A stretch of DNA of 63,151 nt, counting the filler, from Hausera hauseri (Eukaryota): NCBI GenBank assembly GCA_046269625.1. It is 9 parts of 9 records of this genome, joined end to end, with 100 filler letters (N's around TTAATTAATTAA, not from the genome) between each part and the next. Parts side by side here need not be neighbours in the genome. Positions count along the whole stretch, not along the records: positions 1 to 11,484 come from JBJURY010097764.1; positions 11,585 to 17,216 come from JBJURY010193638.1; 7 more parts are not named here. One strand, given 5' to 3'. Below, piece by piece: positions 1-11,618 of the stretch. The position numbers were made by a program, and so were the translations under genes. Numbering within the stretch: the stretch's first letter is position 1; the number at the start of each line of letters is the position of its first letter. The notes under the pieces were generated by a model, which was not told the origin of the DNA, made no database searches, and saw only the letters and a program-made list of their open reading frames with translations.

Positions 1-3000
1 GGTCGTCATGTTTATTCAGTCTTTGGGAGGTGGTCAGTGAATTTGTTTAACTTGTTCGTTTTGATTCAGTGATTGGGATTAATTGACATTTCAAAGTGTA
101 AATATTTATGATGCAATTTAATAATAAAGCAGAATGAAACTCGAAATCGACATTGTACAATTTTTCTTTACGTTTATTCGGCCAGCTTAACTTGTAAAAA
201 CAAAACTTTATTATTGTTATTCGATTTGGAATGAGGTGAATATTATTGTGTTGATTTATTATTTGTTGCTTTATTATATACGATTTTGACGCCGTCTTCT
301 AAAGGAAGGCTTAAAAGACCCACATTAAAGGGAAAATAAAGTTAGAATTTTCAAAAAGCTTTTATCTATTTAAATTAAAAGTTAACTCAGTAATTTGAAA
401 TTGCATTGGAATCATAACAACAATCACATTCACTAAATAAACTGATTTTAAAAATGAAAAGATAACTGCTAGTACGTTGTTATTGACGTACCTTACCTCC
501 AATCTAAAAGGGTGGTTAATAAATTAATACTCACTGTAGATATAACATGATTAAGTCCAGATTGACAGAACGAGAAGTAAATGACAAAAATTTATTTAAT
601 TCAATAAATTATTAACTCAATATAACATTAATTTTTTGTAGCCTGGATGCATAATTTTTGCGGGTACATACCAATGAACGATATGGCTCAAATTTGTTTC
701 AACGACATCAACAACATTTGCTAGTACGTAACTGCTACTCATTGATAAGATGACACCAGTATCGCATTGTAGACCGTTTTTTGTGGAATACCTATTTGTT
801 TATTTTAGGACTAAGCCATACTGGTCAATCATTTTGTCAGTGGAATTATCTTGAACTAATATTTTATTGTGTCTAAAAAAACTGCGAGTATAGTTGTTTC
901 TTTATCATTAACTTCATATAAATTTGATCTTTCGTTATATTTGTAATTATATACATCTGATTGATCAGTTTTAATAATGTTCATTTCAGACAAAACCTCA
1001 TTACATTATAACGAAACACATTTCGGATCAAAATAATTTTCAACCTGATATTGTTTGTTTGATATTCAACTGATTTGGACCTGTATCTTCATTAGATAAT
1101 GGATAAGTTTTTGTTTAGAAACACTGTTAGCTGATTGTATCGACTCATATCAACCAAAACAAAAATGCATTGCTTTTACTGTTTGATTGTTTGCATGGAA
1201 GAGTTCTCCGATATAAATTATTGAAATTTGCCAATTTCCTGATAGCTTTGTATTTATTGTGGAATTCTGTGCAGTTAAGCTGTGGTGGCGCCTGAGTTCG
1301 CGGCACCACACGAACTTTGCATTAAATAGTGAGTCAGGTAAGTATGTTTTGTCACCATGTATTATTCTACAGAAAGAGTCCTGACTTAACTGAACAAAGT
1401 GATTTTGTGCGAACCTAATAGTTTCGTCAGTTGGCGTGTTATCCAAATCGGTAAGTTCAAAGAATGCACAAATTGTGGTACCAAAAAGTGCTTCAGCAGG
1501 TGCACAACCAGTAGTAGTAGAGGGCGTGTTGCGCCACCCGAGTAAAACAAAAGGGAGCATGGTTGTCCAATTCGTATGATTTTCAGCCAGGATTTTTAAC
1601 GAAATCTTGAGAGTTCGATGAAAGCATTCCAATAAGCCGTTCGACTGAGGATGATATAGAGTTGTGTGTATGTGATTTATGCCCAGTCAATTAACTAAAG
1701 ACTTGAATAGGTTCGATCCAAATTGGGGACCTTGGTCTGTAATTAGATAGCGAGGTGAACCGAACCGGCTAATCCAAATCCTTATGAATGCGTCGGCTAT
1801 GGAGTCTATATTGATGGAGCGCAAAGGGACGGCTTCAGGACAACGAGACGCGCGGTACATCACTGTTAATATGAATTGATGGCCGTTGGCGGAAGGTAGT
1901 GGGCCAACGATATCTATGTGAACTGATTCAAAGCGGGATGTACAGGGGAAATTAAATAATGGTGGCTTAAATATTTAGCTACCTTGAACTTTTGGCAAAC
2001 TACGTATTGCTTAACCCAGCTCTGTACGTCAGACCTCATTGATGGCCATGTTACGTGACGTTTGAGGAGGCGGAATGTAGTCTTTGAGGCCGGGTGATGC
2101 AACGAATGAACATGATTAAATGCAGTTTGCTGGAGAGAAGGTGCCAAAATTGGCAAATGTTGCCCAGATGTCGACGTGTCCATGTCTATTCCATCGATGA
2201 TTGCGGATTTGTACTGTTTAAGAGTTTCAGCGGAAGGTGAATTTTGGATCAATTGCTCCTTAGAGGATATTGGTGTGACACTGATAGAACCAACTGACCG
2301 TAATAAGAAGTTACCTATTAAATTGTCTGTGTCAGAAATATGGCGAATTTTAAAATTGAATGTTAACAGATATGAGATATGGCGTTCTTGTCGAAGTGAT
2401 GGTTGTTTCATGTTCATTATCTGAACGAGGGATTTGTGGTTTGTTTTAATGGTGAAGGAACGAACGATAAGTAAATGTGAAAAATGTTTCAGAGTTAAAA
2501 CAATGGCTAGGAGTTCTCTATCGAAGGTGGAATAATGGCGTTCTTGTGGCTGTAGTTTACGTGAAAAGAATTCTAATGGCTCATTTGTACCTTGAGATAT
2601 TTGATGGAGAACCGCTCCTACTGCTGTAGTTGATGCGTCGGTTGTTAAAATGAGGTTAGCATCAGGTTTTGGTTAAGCTAAAATCTCGACTGTTTTAAGA
2701 TTGTCGCGGAGTTCTTCGAACTGGTTAACAAGTTCTGGTGTCCAATATATGAGTTTTTCTTCGGCCCTGATCCTAGTTGAGCGAAAGCAGCAGTTAACTG
2801 ACTACAGTGTGGGACGTATTTGTGGACGAAATGTAAGGTCCCAAGGAAACTACGCATGTCAGTAGTGGTTTTGGGTAATTCGGTGTTTCGTAATTGATGA
2901 ATTCTATCAGGCTATGGACTAAAACCGTCAGGTGTGATGACGTGGCCAAGGAAATTGACCTTTTTCTGGAAGAAAAAACATTTAGAAAAGTTCACTTGCA

Positions 3001-4277
3001 GATTATAGTTGTGTAAGCGTTGGAAAACCCGTCTGAGATGTTCTTCGTGTTGTTTTGGCGATGCCGATGCGACTAGTATGTTATCAGTGTACGGATATAC
3101 AAATGGCAAACCTGAAAGGACTAAACCAATGTGCCGTTGAAACGTTTATGCTGCGCTTTTTAAACCAAACGGCATAAATGCGTATTGGAAGAGACCAAAA
3201 GGTTCTATTATGGCCGTTTTCTTGGATGTCTTCGAGAGCTACCGGTATTTGGTGGTAGGCTTTTTCAAGATCTATGATCGAATAAATTGTTATCTTGTTT
3301 AAAGAGTGTAATATATCCTTAATCAAAGGTAGAGGATACGCATCCATGGTAGTGACGTTATTAAGTTGGGATAATCACCGCATAAACGGAATGTACCATC
3401 TTTTTGGGACGATGTGGTGTGGTGATGCTCACGGTGATTTTGACCGTTTTATAATACCAGCTTGCTCGAGTGCAGAGAATTCCGCTTGGACTGCCTGTTG
3501 ACGGCGTGGTGAAAGTGGGCGGAGTTTTTGCCTAATGGGCCTAGAATTTTCTGTGATGATATGATGAAACGTCATGTTAGCCGGATGAAATGCTGGGTCT
3601 TTTTTAGTGTATGAAAACAAGATTTGGTTAAATATTGTTGCATTTCTTGGCTAAGTGTAGTAAAGGCTGTTGTTGTTATGACAGTGGACTGATTGGATTT
3701 AATGTAAGAAACGCTAGAAATCGAGTCGCATAAATCGTCCTTGTCAACGCTTTTGTTCCTCTATTACCGGATTGCAACAAAAACGTTGAATTATTTATAT
3801 TGGTATTAATGACGTTCTTATTTGCGTTGGCTGACGGTTCTTTTAATATCGATTTTATAGGCGAGATATGTTGCATGATTGGTTGGTTATTTGTAGAGGT
3901 CGGTTTTGTTGAACTGCTTTTGATGATCCGACGTTGTCTACAATCTACAAGGAGGTTGTAGAAAGATAAGAAATCAGACCCAAGTATGGGAGATTGTGTG
4001 TCGGAAACAATGAAAGTCTAATTGAAAATTTCAGAGGATGGTGATAAAGTAAATGAAACCTTGGACGTGACGAATACACGTAAAGCTTCGCCGTTTGCTC
4101 TGTACAATTTAGTAGAAGTCGGTGAGGTAATTGATATTTTGGTGGACATTGGTAGAAGAGATACTGCCTCTCCGGAATTTATTAGAAAGTTGATTGGCTG
4201 ATTAGGCTTGGTGGAAATTAAGGCATTTAATGTGAAGACGGCATTCGTGCGGCTGTTACAATGACGAGGATAGCCTT

Positions 4278-4320
4278 TGCCAGCATGCGCCGGAACATCT
4301 GGTGGCTTTCTCAGTTTTTT
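4278..4320 (-). promoter_or_regulatory. Putative gag/pol -1 ribosomal frameshift site
   Basis: AAAAAAC heptamer at 4314-4320 (minus), followed by a CCAG-ATG...CAT-G-CTGG stem, about 45 codons before the protease. Confidence 0.55.
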
Positions 4321-4449
4321 GGATGGACAGATTATGGGAGTCCGGAGAATTACTATGGAAGTTTTAGGTCGGTTGGAAAACGTGCAACCGTTGATGCAGT
4401 TTCGGGCTTTATTACTGAACCTATTATGGTAAATACAAACAATGTCAGA

Positions 4450-5406
4450 TTTTTGAAAAGCGGGTGTAAAGAATTTTGCACCCCAAGCAACATTTGTTGA
4501 ACTGGTTCTTAAATTTAGTGTGATAATAGCACATTATAGGTCGAGTAGGGGACCTAGCGGATCTCGAATTGTTCGATGAAGCACGGCTGTGATTATTTGT
4601 GAATCGTTCTCGTCGCGGCATGGATAAATTGTCTAGTTTAGACGTTAAAGCAGAAATGGCTTGGTGTATTGCCCTGTTTTCATCCCGGAGAGCATTTATT
4701 TGGTTATTCAGCGCTACGATTTCTGCACTGGGCGGTGTTATAGGCGGTTGTAATGTGCTACAACAATTGGAGTATGGAGTGTATTTAATATTTTGTAGCT
4801 TTTATCAGCCAGTTGTGCTAGTTTTTCTAACGTAGCGGTATCTTCAACTACGGTTAGTAAAGCGCGTATTTCTTTCGGTAACGATTGAAGGAAATATCTA
4901 CGCAATAAGTCGGCATTGTCTGTCTGGTATACTTCTAATTTGATTAGTTGGGTCGAAGATGTTTGTAAAAATTCAGAGGGTATTTTATTTCCTATTGTGT
5001 TGTCGTTAAAATATTTATGGATAATATTATCCAGAGATGGTTCCGTGATTTTTAAAATCGAGTTAAAAAATGTTTTGTATGGGTCACTGCTTTGGAAAAT
5101 TTCCGACAAATTTGGAAGCTGCGACTTAATGTTGGAAGGCAAAAGTATAAGCAAACTGTTTGCTTTGAGAAAAGAGTCGACAATATTATTCGACTTCAAC
5201 CAAGCCGCATGAAAGTCCAACCATGTCTGGCTGGAATGTTGCTTGTCAACGAAGTATTTTACGCAAGGTAGGTTTACTGTTGACGACGGAGGTATAGGTG
5301 AATTTAGCGGTACGTTTATAGTAGGAATGTCGGCAAGGACTTGTTGGTCGTTAGATGAGACTTTTGGATCGGATAAGCCTAACAGACGGTAGTGTACGGT
5401 AAGCAT
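4450..5406 (-). pseudogene. gag: Gypsy gag, interrupted at ~4738; ends in CYYH..F...C-type knuckle
   Basis: ORF 4738-5406 has PSEFL and LRRYFLQSLP...LAQLADK motifs. Another frame continues to CYYHTKF at ~4515-4535. Confidence 0.8.
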
Positions 5407-6326
5407 AGGTGTTGAAGATGAGTCGATGTAATTTGTTATAATGTCAGATTGTCGGAGAAAAGTTCGTTAAAACTCAGGCGAAAATTAGCAAGAGTTGTTT
5501 GTCGTTGTAACATGCATGACAATTTTGCAATTGTTGCTAATTTGTGAATGTAGTATGTTTGTTTATGCTTATTTTCGAATAACAAGACGAGTGGGACGAA
5601 ACTGTCACATAAGTATGGTGTGCAGTGTGGTGTATAGGACACGGGCGCGCCCAAAACCCCTGCGTTATAATGGATGATCTGTCCAATTAAGGTGGTATCC
5701 GGGACATTAGATCTGGATATGACCTTGAACATTTGATCAGTTGGTTCGGAAAACGATAAGTCAATTCTTTTTGTTTGTATGTTAGCCAGTTTAGCAAGTA
5801 AATTTTTAGGTTTCAGTCCCTTGTTCATAGGTCCAACAAGTAAAAAGCCGAATTTGTAAAACTTAATTGAATTAACTATACTGAGGGATATTGAATGTAG
5901 TGATTGACGTACTCTGGTTGGCATGATTTTACAAAGTATAACAAAACAGAAAGGTAACAAATTACCCGAACTTTTTTTAAATCCTGAGTCCAAAATGTCT
6001 GTACAGCCCGGGATCATTGAGTTTATTGGTTCGAATTCAGCGTGCAAATGTCATTGACGTTTTTGCAGTTCACCTTTTGCTTTGGCAAAATTGACATCCG
6101 TAGAATTGCCTCGGACTTCCAAATACAAGTCAACTCTGTAACACAAATTGCTCCAAAAATTATTTACTTTATACTGATTATCTGGAAATTCTGTGACAAT
6201 ATACAGATGATTTTTCGGTTCGCTTCTTTACCAATCGTAATTCAGTGTGTATTTACAAGATAAGTGATATAACCTTTCCTGTGTTTCCAATCTTTGAGCA
6301 TGGATGACACTATTTTGCTCATAGAA

Positions 6327-6700
6327 TCAGTCAAAATACTGAAGAATTCTGAGAGTTTTGCTAGAGTATTCAAACAACTGTTCGGTCACCTCGTGTTTGA
6401 CATCAGGGTTAGACATGAACAACAGCGCACTATTCAGATTAATTTTATCTTCGGTAAAACTCTTAACGTCTTCTGCAGATATGTCCAAAATACTGTTACC
6501 AAGCATCGAGTCCTGGTCTATTGACATAGACAGATCACCCGTACTTTCATTACCTAACTTTAGGTTTTTTTTAATAAAGTCAACACAGAATTCAACATGG
6601 ATGATACCGCTTATAAGCATGATTTGACAGATAGCACCGAACACGCTCGACACCTTGTCGATCGGCATATCGTTGGACTGCATAAGAACATGTTCCAAAA
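6327..6700 (-). pseudogene. Unidentified host-like coding fragment abutting the truncated dynein
   Basis: The 138-aa open frame is helical/acidic and does not match the usual dynein C-terminus. Identity unknown. Confidence 0.3.
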
Positions 6701-9700
6701 TCGTCGAAATTAGAACTCCTTCCAGCAGATGACAAAAATCCAAATCTGCTAGGGGTTTTGTACAGAGGACATTCGTAAGTCATAGGATCGGCTTTTGGAA
6801 GACCAAACTGTGACGTCAGCATTACCGGTTGAAAATAGATAAATGGAAGTTTACAGAAACGTCGGTGACTTGAATTTGAAACAAGTTCAGACAAACTGCA
6901 GTCCCAAACGGCATTGTCTAGATATAAACCAAATATATACGTTCCATTGTCTGGTGGTTCCGTAATCAGAGAAATGATTTCAGAAACTGGAAAAGATTTT
7001 GACACATCCAACAATTCAGTCTGTTTGAAGTATCGTTCTATAGCTTTTGGCAAGGCTTCCGACAATACCGACATCGATATATGAAATAGTTCAATAGACT
7101 TTTTCTGTCTTCTTGCTTCATTTTGTAGCACAGCTGTGATGAAAGCCTGTGGGGAAAAGAAGCCGGGAAGCCAGTAACAGCAAATGTTTTTCTGCTTTTC
7201 CGATATGAGACCTCCCTTCCAAATATACTGCAATGCCTGATATTCATACTGCATTGGATTAATCTTGTCAGCATTGGGACTTAACGTTTTGCAGATTTCT
7301 TTAGAATATGTTATTATTTGATCCAAATACCAGTGATATTGTGACAGAACACTGTGACACCAAAACGAAATAAAATCAACTCTCATTCTAATATTCAGTG
7401 ACCATTCGGACAAAGAATTACCACTGGAAATGATACCCCAGGCAGGTGGAACCACATTAATTATTATATGGCTCCAAATATCTTCCAGATTCTCCGTGAT
7501 GTTCTTTTTACCAGTAATGTAGCTCAGAACAAATTTGATGTCTCGATGAATACGAATGAGCATTTTATTATAGTTATTGACCTCTTGTTCCAGAATGTTT
7601 TGGAAGGGTGAGTCAAAGAACCTTTGAATAGTATTTTCAGCATCGTTGTATTTTTTATATCTATTCATGTCATCTCTAATAGCATCACTGATTTTCAAGA
7701 ATGACGGCAGAAGTTGATCCGTAAATTTCGTAAAATCCTTTCCGTAAACCTCGGACATGTGAGATTCAATTGACTTCGGAATTCTATCCGACAGAAGATT
7801 AAGCATGTCAATAGCGCTATTTGTTTTATCATTTTTACCAAAAATATTCGCCTCATGATGCATGGATTGCTGCAGAACGACTTCTAATAAAAATTGTTTA
7901 GACTGATTTTCCAGTCGGACAATCTCAGCATTTTCTCCAAGTCCCAATAAAACTTCGGTGCTGGAACTCAAGAAGTTTCCGGATCGTATAAAATTATTTA
8001 TTTGATCAAAGCTATCGACATGTTGTGAAATGTCGGGCTGTTTGTCTGTGTAGAACTCCTCTTCTGAAAGATATTTCTGAAGAAGCGAAAGTAAGCAACG
8101 CTGGTCAAGATTGTCAGTAATTCTACCACTGTAGTTAATTCCACCAATGATGCTATGCAATGTCTTCCAACGAACAATATTTTCATTTACTACAAAACTA
8201 GGAAGTTGTTTGATAGATATCTCCAAATCCGTGTCGTTGAAGTCATACGGAAGACTAAACCCTAGACAACCATAGTTTTTTCTCTCTAGGATCGCCACGT
8301 TAAACAAACACAGACTGAATATCATTTTCTTTATTTTCATGCTTTGAGCATCAAACATATTTTGGGAAATAATTCCAGTATCATCAATAGCAAATGCTTT
8401 GATCATTTGATTTTTTATTCCAATTGGAGTTTCGATTGCAATTTTTAAACCAATTTGTAGAATTCCAATAGGGAAGTCGTTGTGTGGGTGGGTACTGAGA
8501 ATCAATTTAAAATTGGGATCATTATCTAATTTTGTTGTTTGAAGATTTTCAATAATTTTCTGCAAGTTTTGCATCCATGAAATCATTAAATCACAATTTT
8601 GCAGATAAATCCAACGGCCTTTATGTAAATTAGTTTTCTGAATAAGTGATTCAGCTTTTGTAGCTTGCCCTCTGCCCATTGAGACTATGTCAATGTGAGA
8701 CGAATTGCCCCTTAATTCGCATACCAATTTCATTACGTTATTCATGGGATCGCTGTTTGGTCCCAGTATGAATATTATTGGCATTCGTGATGGCGACTCA
8801 CTGAATACTTTCAGTAAATTGATATCGGTGAAATTCGTATAAATATCCGAGAATGTCGTTCTAACATAATCGAGAGAAGCACTAACGAAATTTCTCAATG
8901 ACAAAAGAGAAATGACGATAAGTCGGTCAAAATTGTTCAATAAATCAAAAGAAAACTTCCCTATGAAACCCGTTTTATGCAAAGGATTATTGTCTAATCT
9001 ATACTCCATCCATGACTCAACATTTTCTGATAAACTCATACAAAGATATCTAAATTTCTCTGGCAATTGATTTTCCAAGAATTTACATTTATTCCACAAT
9101 TCATGGGATAGCCATTCGACATTGTTCGGTTTGGAAAGAGACGATCCATCTTCATTTGAAATGACAATATGTTCACCATAAACCTCCGATGTTGTATGAA
9201 GTCTAATGAACGTTGCCCACTGGTGATTACTGATGTACTCCATTCCAATATAATTATCACTTCGCAAAATTGCTGTACACATCATAAATGATAGTAGAGG
9301 TTTATGGTTACTAAAGACACCGTATGACGTCATTTGAAAAGCCGTTATTGTAACTAAATCGATCATTTTCGTAAGTTTCAACTGTTCGTCGTTGGGGGCA
9401 TCCGGATTTTCCTGCTTAAAAGAATTATTGACTGAGTCTATACACGAACAGAACAACGACTGAAACCACGCCAGTGAAAACTGGTACATGTAATTAATGA
9501 TTGAAAAATCCGCAAGAACAAAATAGATCTGACCAGCACGAATTGCTAATGGCAAATAAAAGGCTCTTGCAACTTGAAGCTGTTTTTCGGCGTGTACTGC
9601 TTCTTCTAGACGTTTTTTAATATTGACTGCAGTGGTTTTACTGTTTTCCAAATTCTGTGCAAGTTCGGAATCATTGATAAGAGCATCAGCATTTTCTTGT

Positions 9701-11140
9701 AAAAGACTCAGCGTTTTATCTTCTAATTCTCGGATAGTCTGAAGACTTGATGCATGCATTTTCAACAGCATGTTTCTTTGCTCTTCAATTTCTGGACGTT
9801 CCTTACTGACCACAAGGGACAACAATTGTTCCTGAAGTCCAGTCATGTTGACTGTGAAATTGACAATACACACAAGTCGGCTCACAGACGAATGCAAAGA
9901 TGGATTGGCTTGGGATATCATTAAGTATAATCTAAAATATTTCTCATCTTTATTCGAAATAATTTCATCCTACTTAAAACTCGGACTGTATTCAATCTCA
10001 TTATCCCCAATCTTAACCATTTTGAGATTATTTTTTAAAAACGTTTCATGTCTCATAAGAGGACTCAAGGCAGGATCGATATAATTGTCAATGTCCTCAA
10101 GTAATACTGTTTCGCTACTCGTGTTGATCTCTCCAAATTAGATATATAATCGCTTAGATGTGTACTCAAGTCTTTCATAGTATAATTCGTACAAGATCGC
10201 AGAAAGTTTTTCTCTTGTTTTTCCTTTTCAGACTGCAATGCGTCAATCAACGCGGCTGCTCTGGTCTTTCATTTGTAAGTCTTTAACATTCATTTAACTT
10301 CAATTCTTTTTCCACACTTGTCGAGTTTTTGAATGTGACTTTGTACCATTTTACCTGATTTTGTTCCCATTCCAGTTTTTTCTGGATAATTCCATCGCAT
10401 TATTCGCAGTCGTTACATTGTTACTTCTCGGTATTAACATCGTATAGACAGCGTGATAATTTTCCACTGCTAAAACCCATTGGCAAATACACTTGCATGC
10501 CACCGACACTTTACCAAGTTTCTGGATTAAAATCATTTTGTTTTGTGTATTGTCTGAGTTGGTGGTACATACTTTTGCTGATACCATCCTTGTCGTAGTT
10601 TTTCAAGCTATACAAAAAATTTGTATCACTAAGAATCATTTTAGCATTTAGCCAATTAGGCTGTACCGACAACAAAACACAAAAGCACTCATAACCATCT
10701 CCACCAAATGTGGAGGACTACGATACACGCGTATTTCGAATATTGATACTTTGTCCAAACAATTTAATGATGCGATTACGTCATTCAGAACTGGAATAAC
10801 AGATTGCCAGTACTCTTCACATTCCTTTGAATATTTCTCCACGGCTTCAGTTTTAAGTTTTATAGCGTCTTCTTCATCTTTCACTATATCTTCTATTTCT
10901 GAGACTAAATGCCTATCTTCTAATTTGTGAAGCAACTTCATTGTTTCTTCTGCCTCCTGTTCTATTTGCGGGGTTAGGTGTATGAGTTCTTCCTTCATAT
11001 TAACAATAAGAGACTTTGTGCCATTTAACTGATTCAGACCATTTAGAAATCTTTTTCGACTAGTTGGATCTTTTTTATAATATTCGTAGAGGATTTTAGT
11101 AAATGTATTCAGATATTCAACAAAATCACCAGTGGCAATA
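6592..11140 (-). pseudogene. Axonemal dynein heavy chain, C-terminal part (stalk/MTBD, AAA5, AAA6, C-terminal domain), DNAH14-like; disrupted in this assembly
   Basis: Motifs RFLNGL, EIRVYRSPP.LVEMVM, YDKD, KVSVACKCICQWV, VNFTV...GLQEQLLSLVVSKERPEIE, YMYQFSLAWF, SMGRGQ...WIYLQNC, ERKNYGCLGFSLPYDFNDTD, INYSGRITD, WLPGFFSPQAF, YECPLYKT. The 1109-aa ORF is intact; the upstream part has several 1-nt frameshifts. The DNAH14 subtype is from recalled similarity around ELRGNSSHIDIVSMGRGQATKAE. Confidence 0.93.
9932..9973 (-). other. 42-nt GT-AG spliceosomal intron in the dynein gene
   Basis: GTAGGA...TTTTAG. Removing it deletes an in-frame stop and restores EIEYSPSFK|LYLM, matching the dynein Y...FKLYL motif. 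Confidence 0.85.
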
Positions 11141-11484
11141 TTGTTCAGTTCCCGTTAATTCAATTTGGGAAGAGACTTTTACTTTACTGTGAATTAATGG
11201 GTAGAACAAATTCTTAGTTAACTTACGCGTTGGTCAAGCGGTCAGAAGATAACTATGCTTACCTAATGATACAGTAGGTAATATGTAGGGAACAAACTCG
11301 TTGCGTAATCTTTAATCACTATTGGTTAATATCCTATCTTTTACTTAGGTTTTAGACAGGCTGCCGTTAGGTAGGTTAGACCTAGACGGCTAGTTTCCAA
11401 ATTAGTTAATCTCTTACTTAGGTACTTAAGTTATTTGGATTAAATCAACAAGCAATTCGTTGATCAAAAATATAAAGTATATTC

Positions 11485-11584
11485 NNNNNNNNNNNNNNNN
11501 NNNNNNNNNNNNNNNNNNNNNNNNNNNNTTAATTAATTAANNNNNNNNNNNNNNNNNNNNNNNNNNNNNNNNNNNNNNNNNNNN
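11485..11584. other. Artificial contig linker
   Basis: 44N-TTAATTAATTAA-44N (stops in all six frames). Confidence 0.99.
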
Positions 11585-11618
11585 TTATTAACAATAATAA
11601 ATTTTATGCAAATTTTGT

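Larger units (their letters stand above)
1281..5406 (-). mobile_element. Degenerate Ty3/Gypsy LTR retrotransposon (gag-PR-RT-RH-IN), many frameshifts and stops
   Basis: Minus-strand order: gag (4738-5406), protease FLINSGEAVS (~4165-4190), RT fragments (DAYPLP, IDLEKAYHQIP, YTDNILVAS, FLGH), RNase H (TTDAS...STFDRELLA), integrase zinc-finger region (HSLHHP...VCQK) and core end (ECFHRTLK). Confidence 0.93.

Noticed and set aside
3676-3876. PP1-docking motifs (SILK here; RNVSF near 15860; KTVTF near 24585)
   Set aside because: Short motifs expected by chance, with no conservation evidence.
5620-5660. 5' LTR/PBS of the first Gypsy element
   Set aside because: CACCACA and TGGGCGCGCCCGTGT are present but in the wrong order for an LTR end followed by a PBS.
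11529-11540. Recurring TTAATTAATTAA palindrome as a biological site
   Set aside because: Always centred in exactly 88 Ns: an assembly linker.
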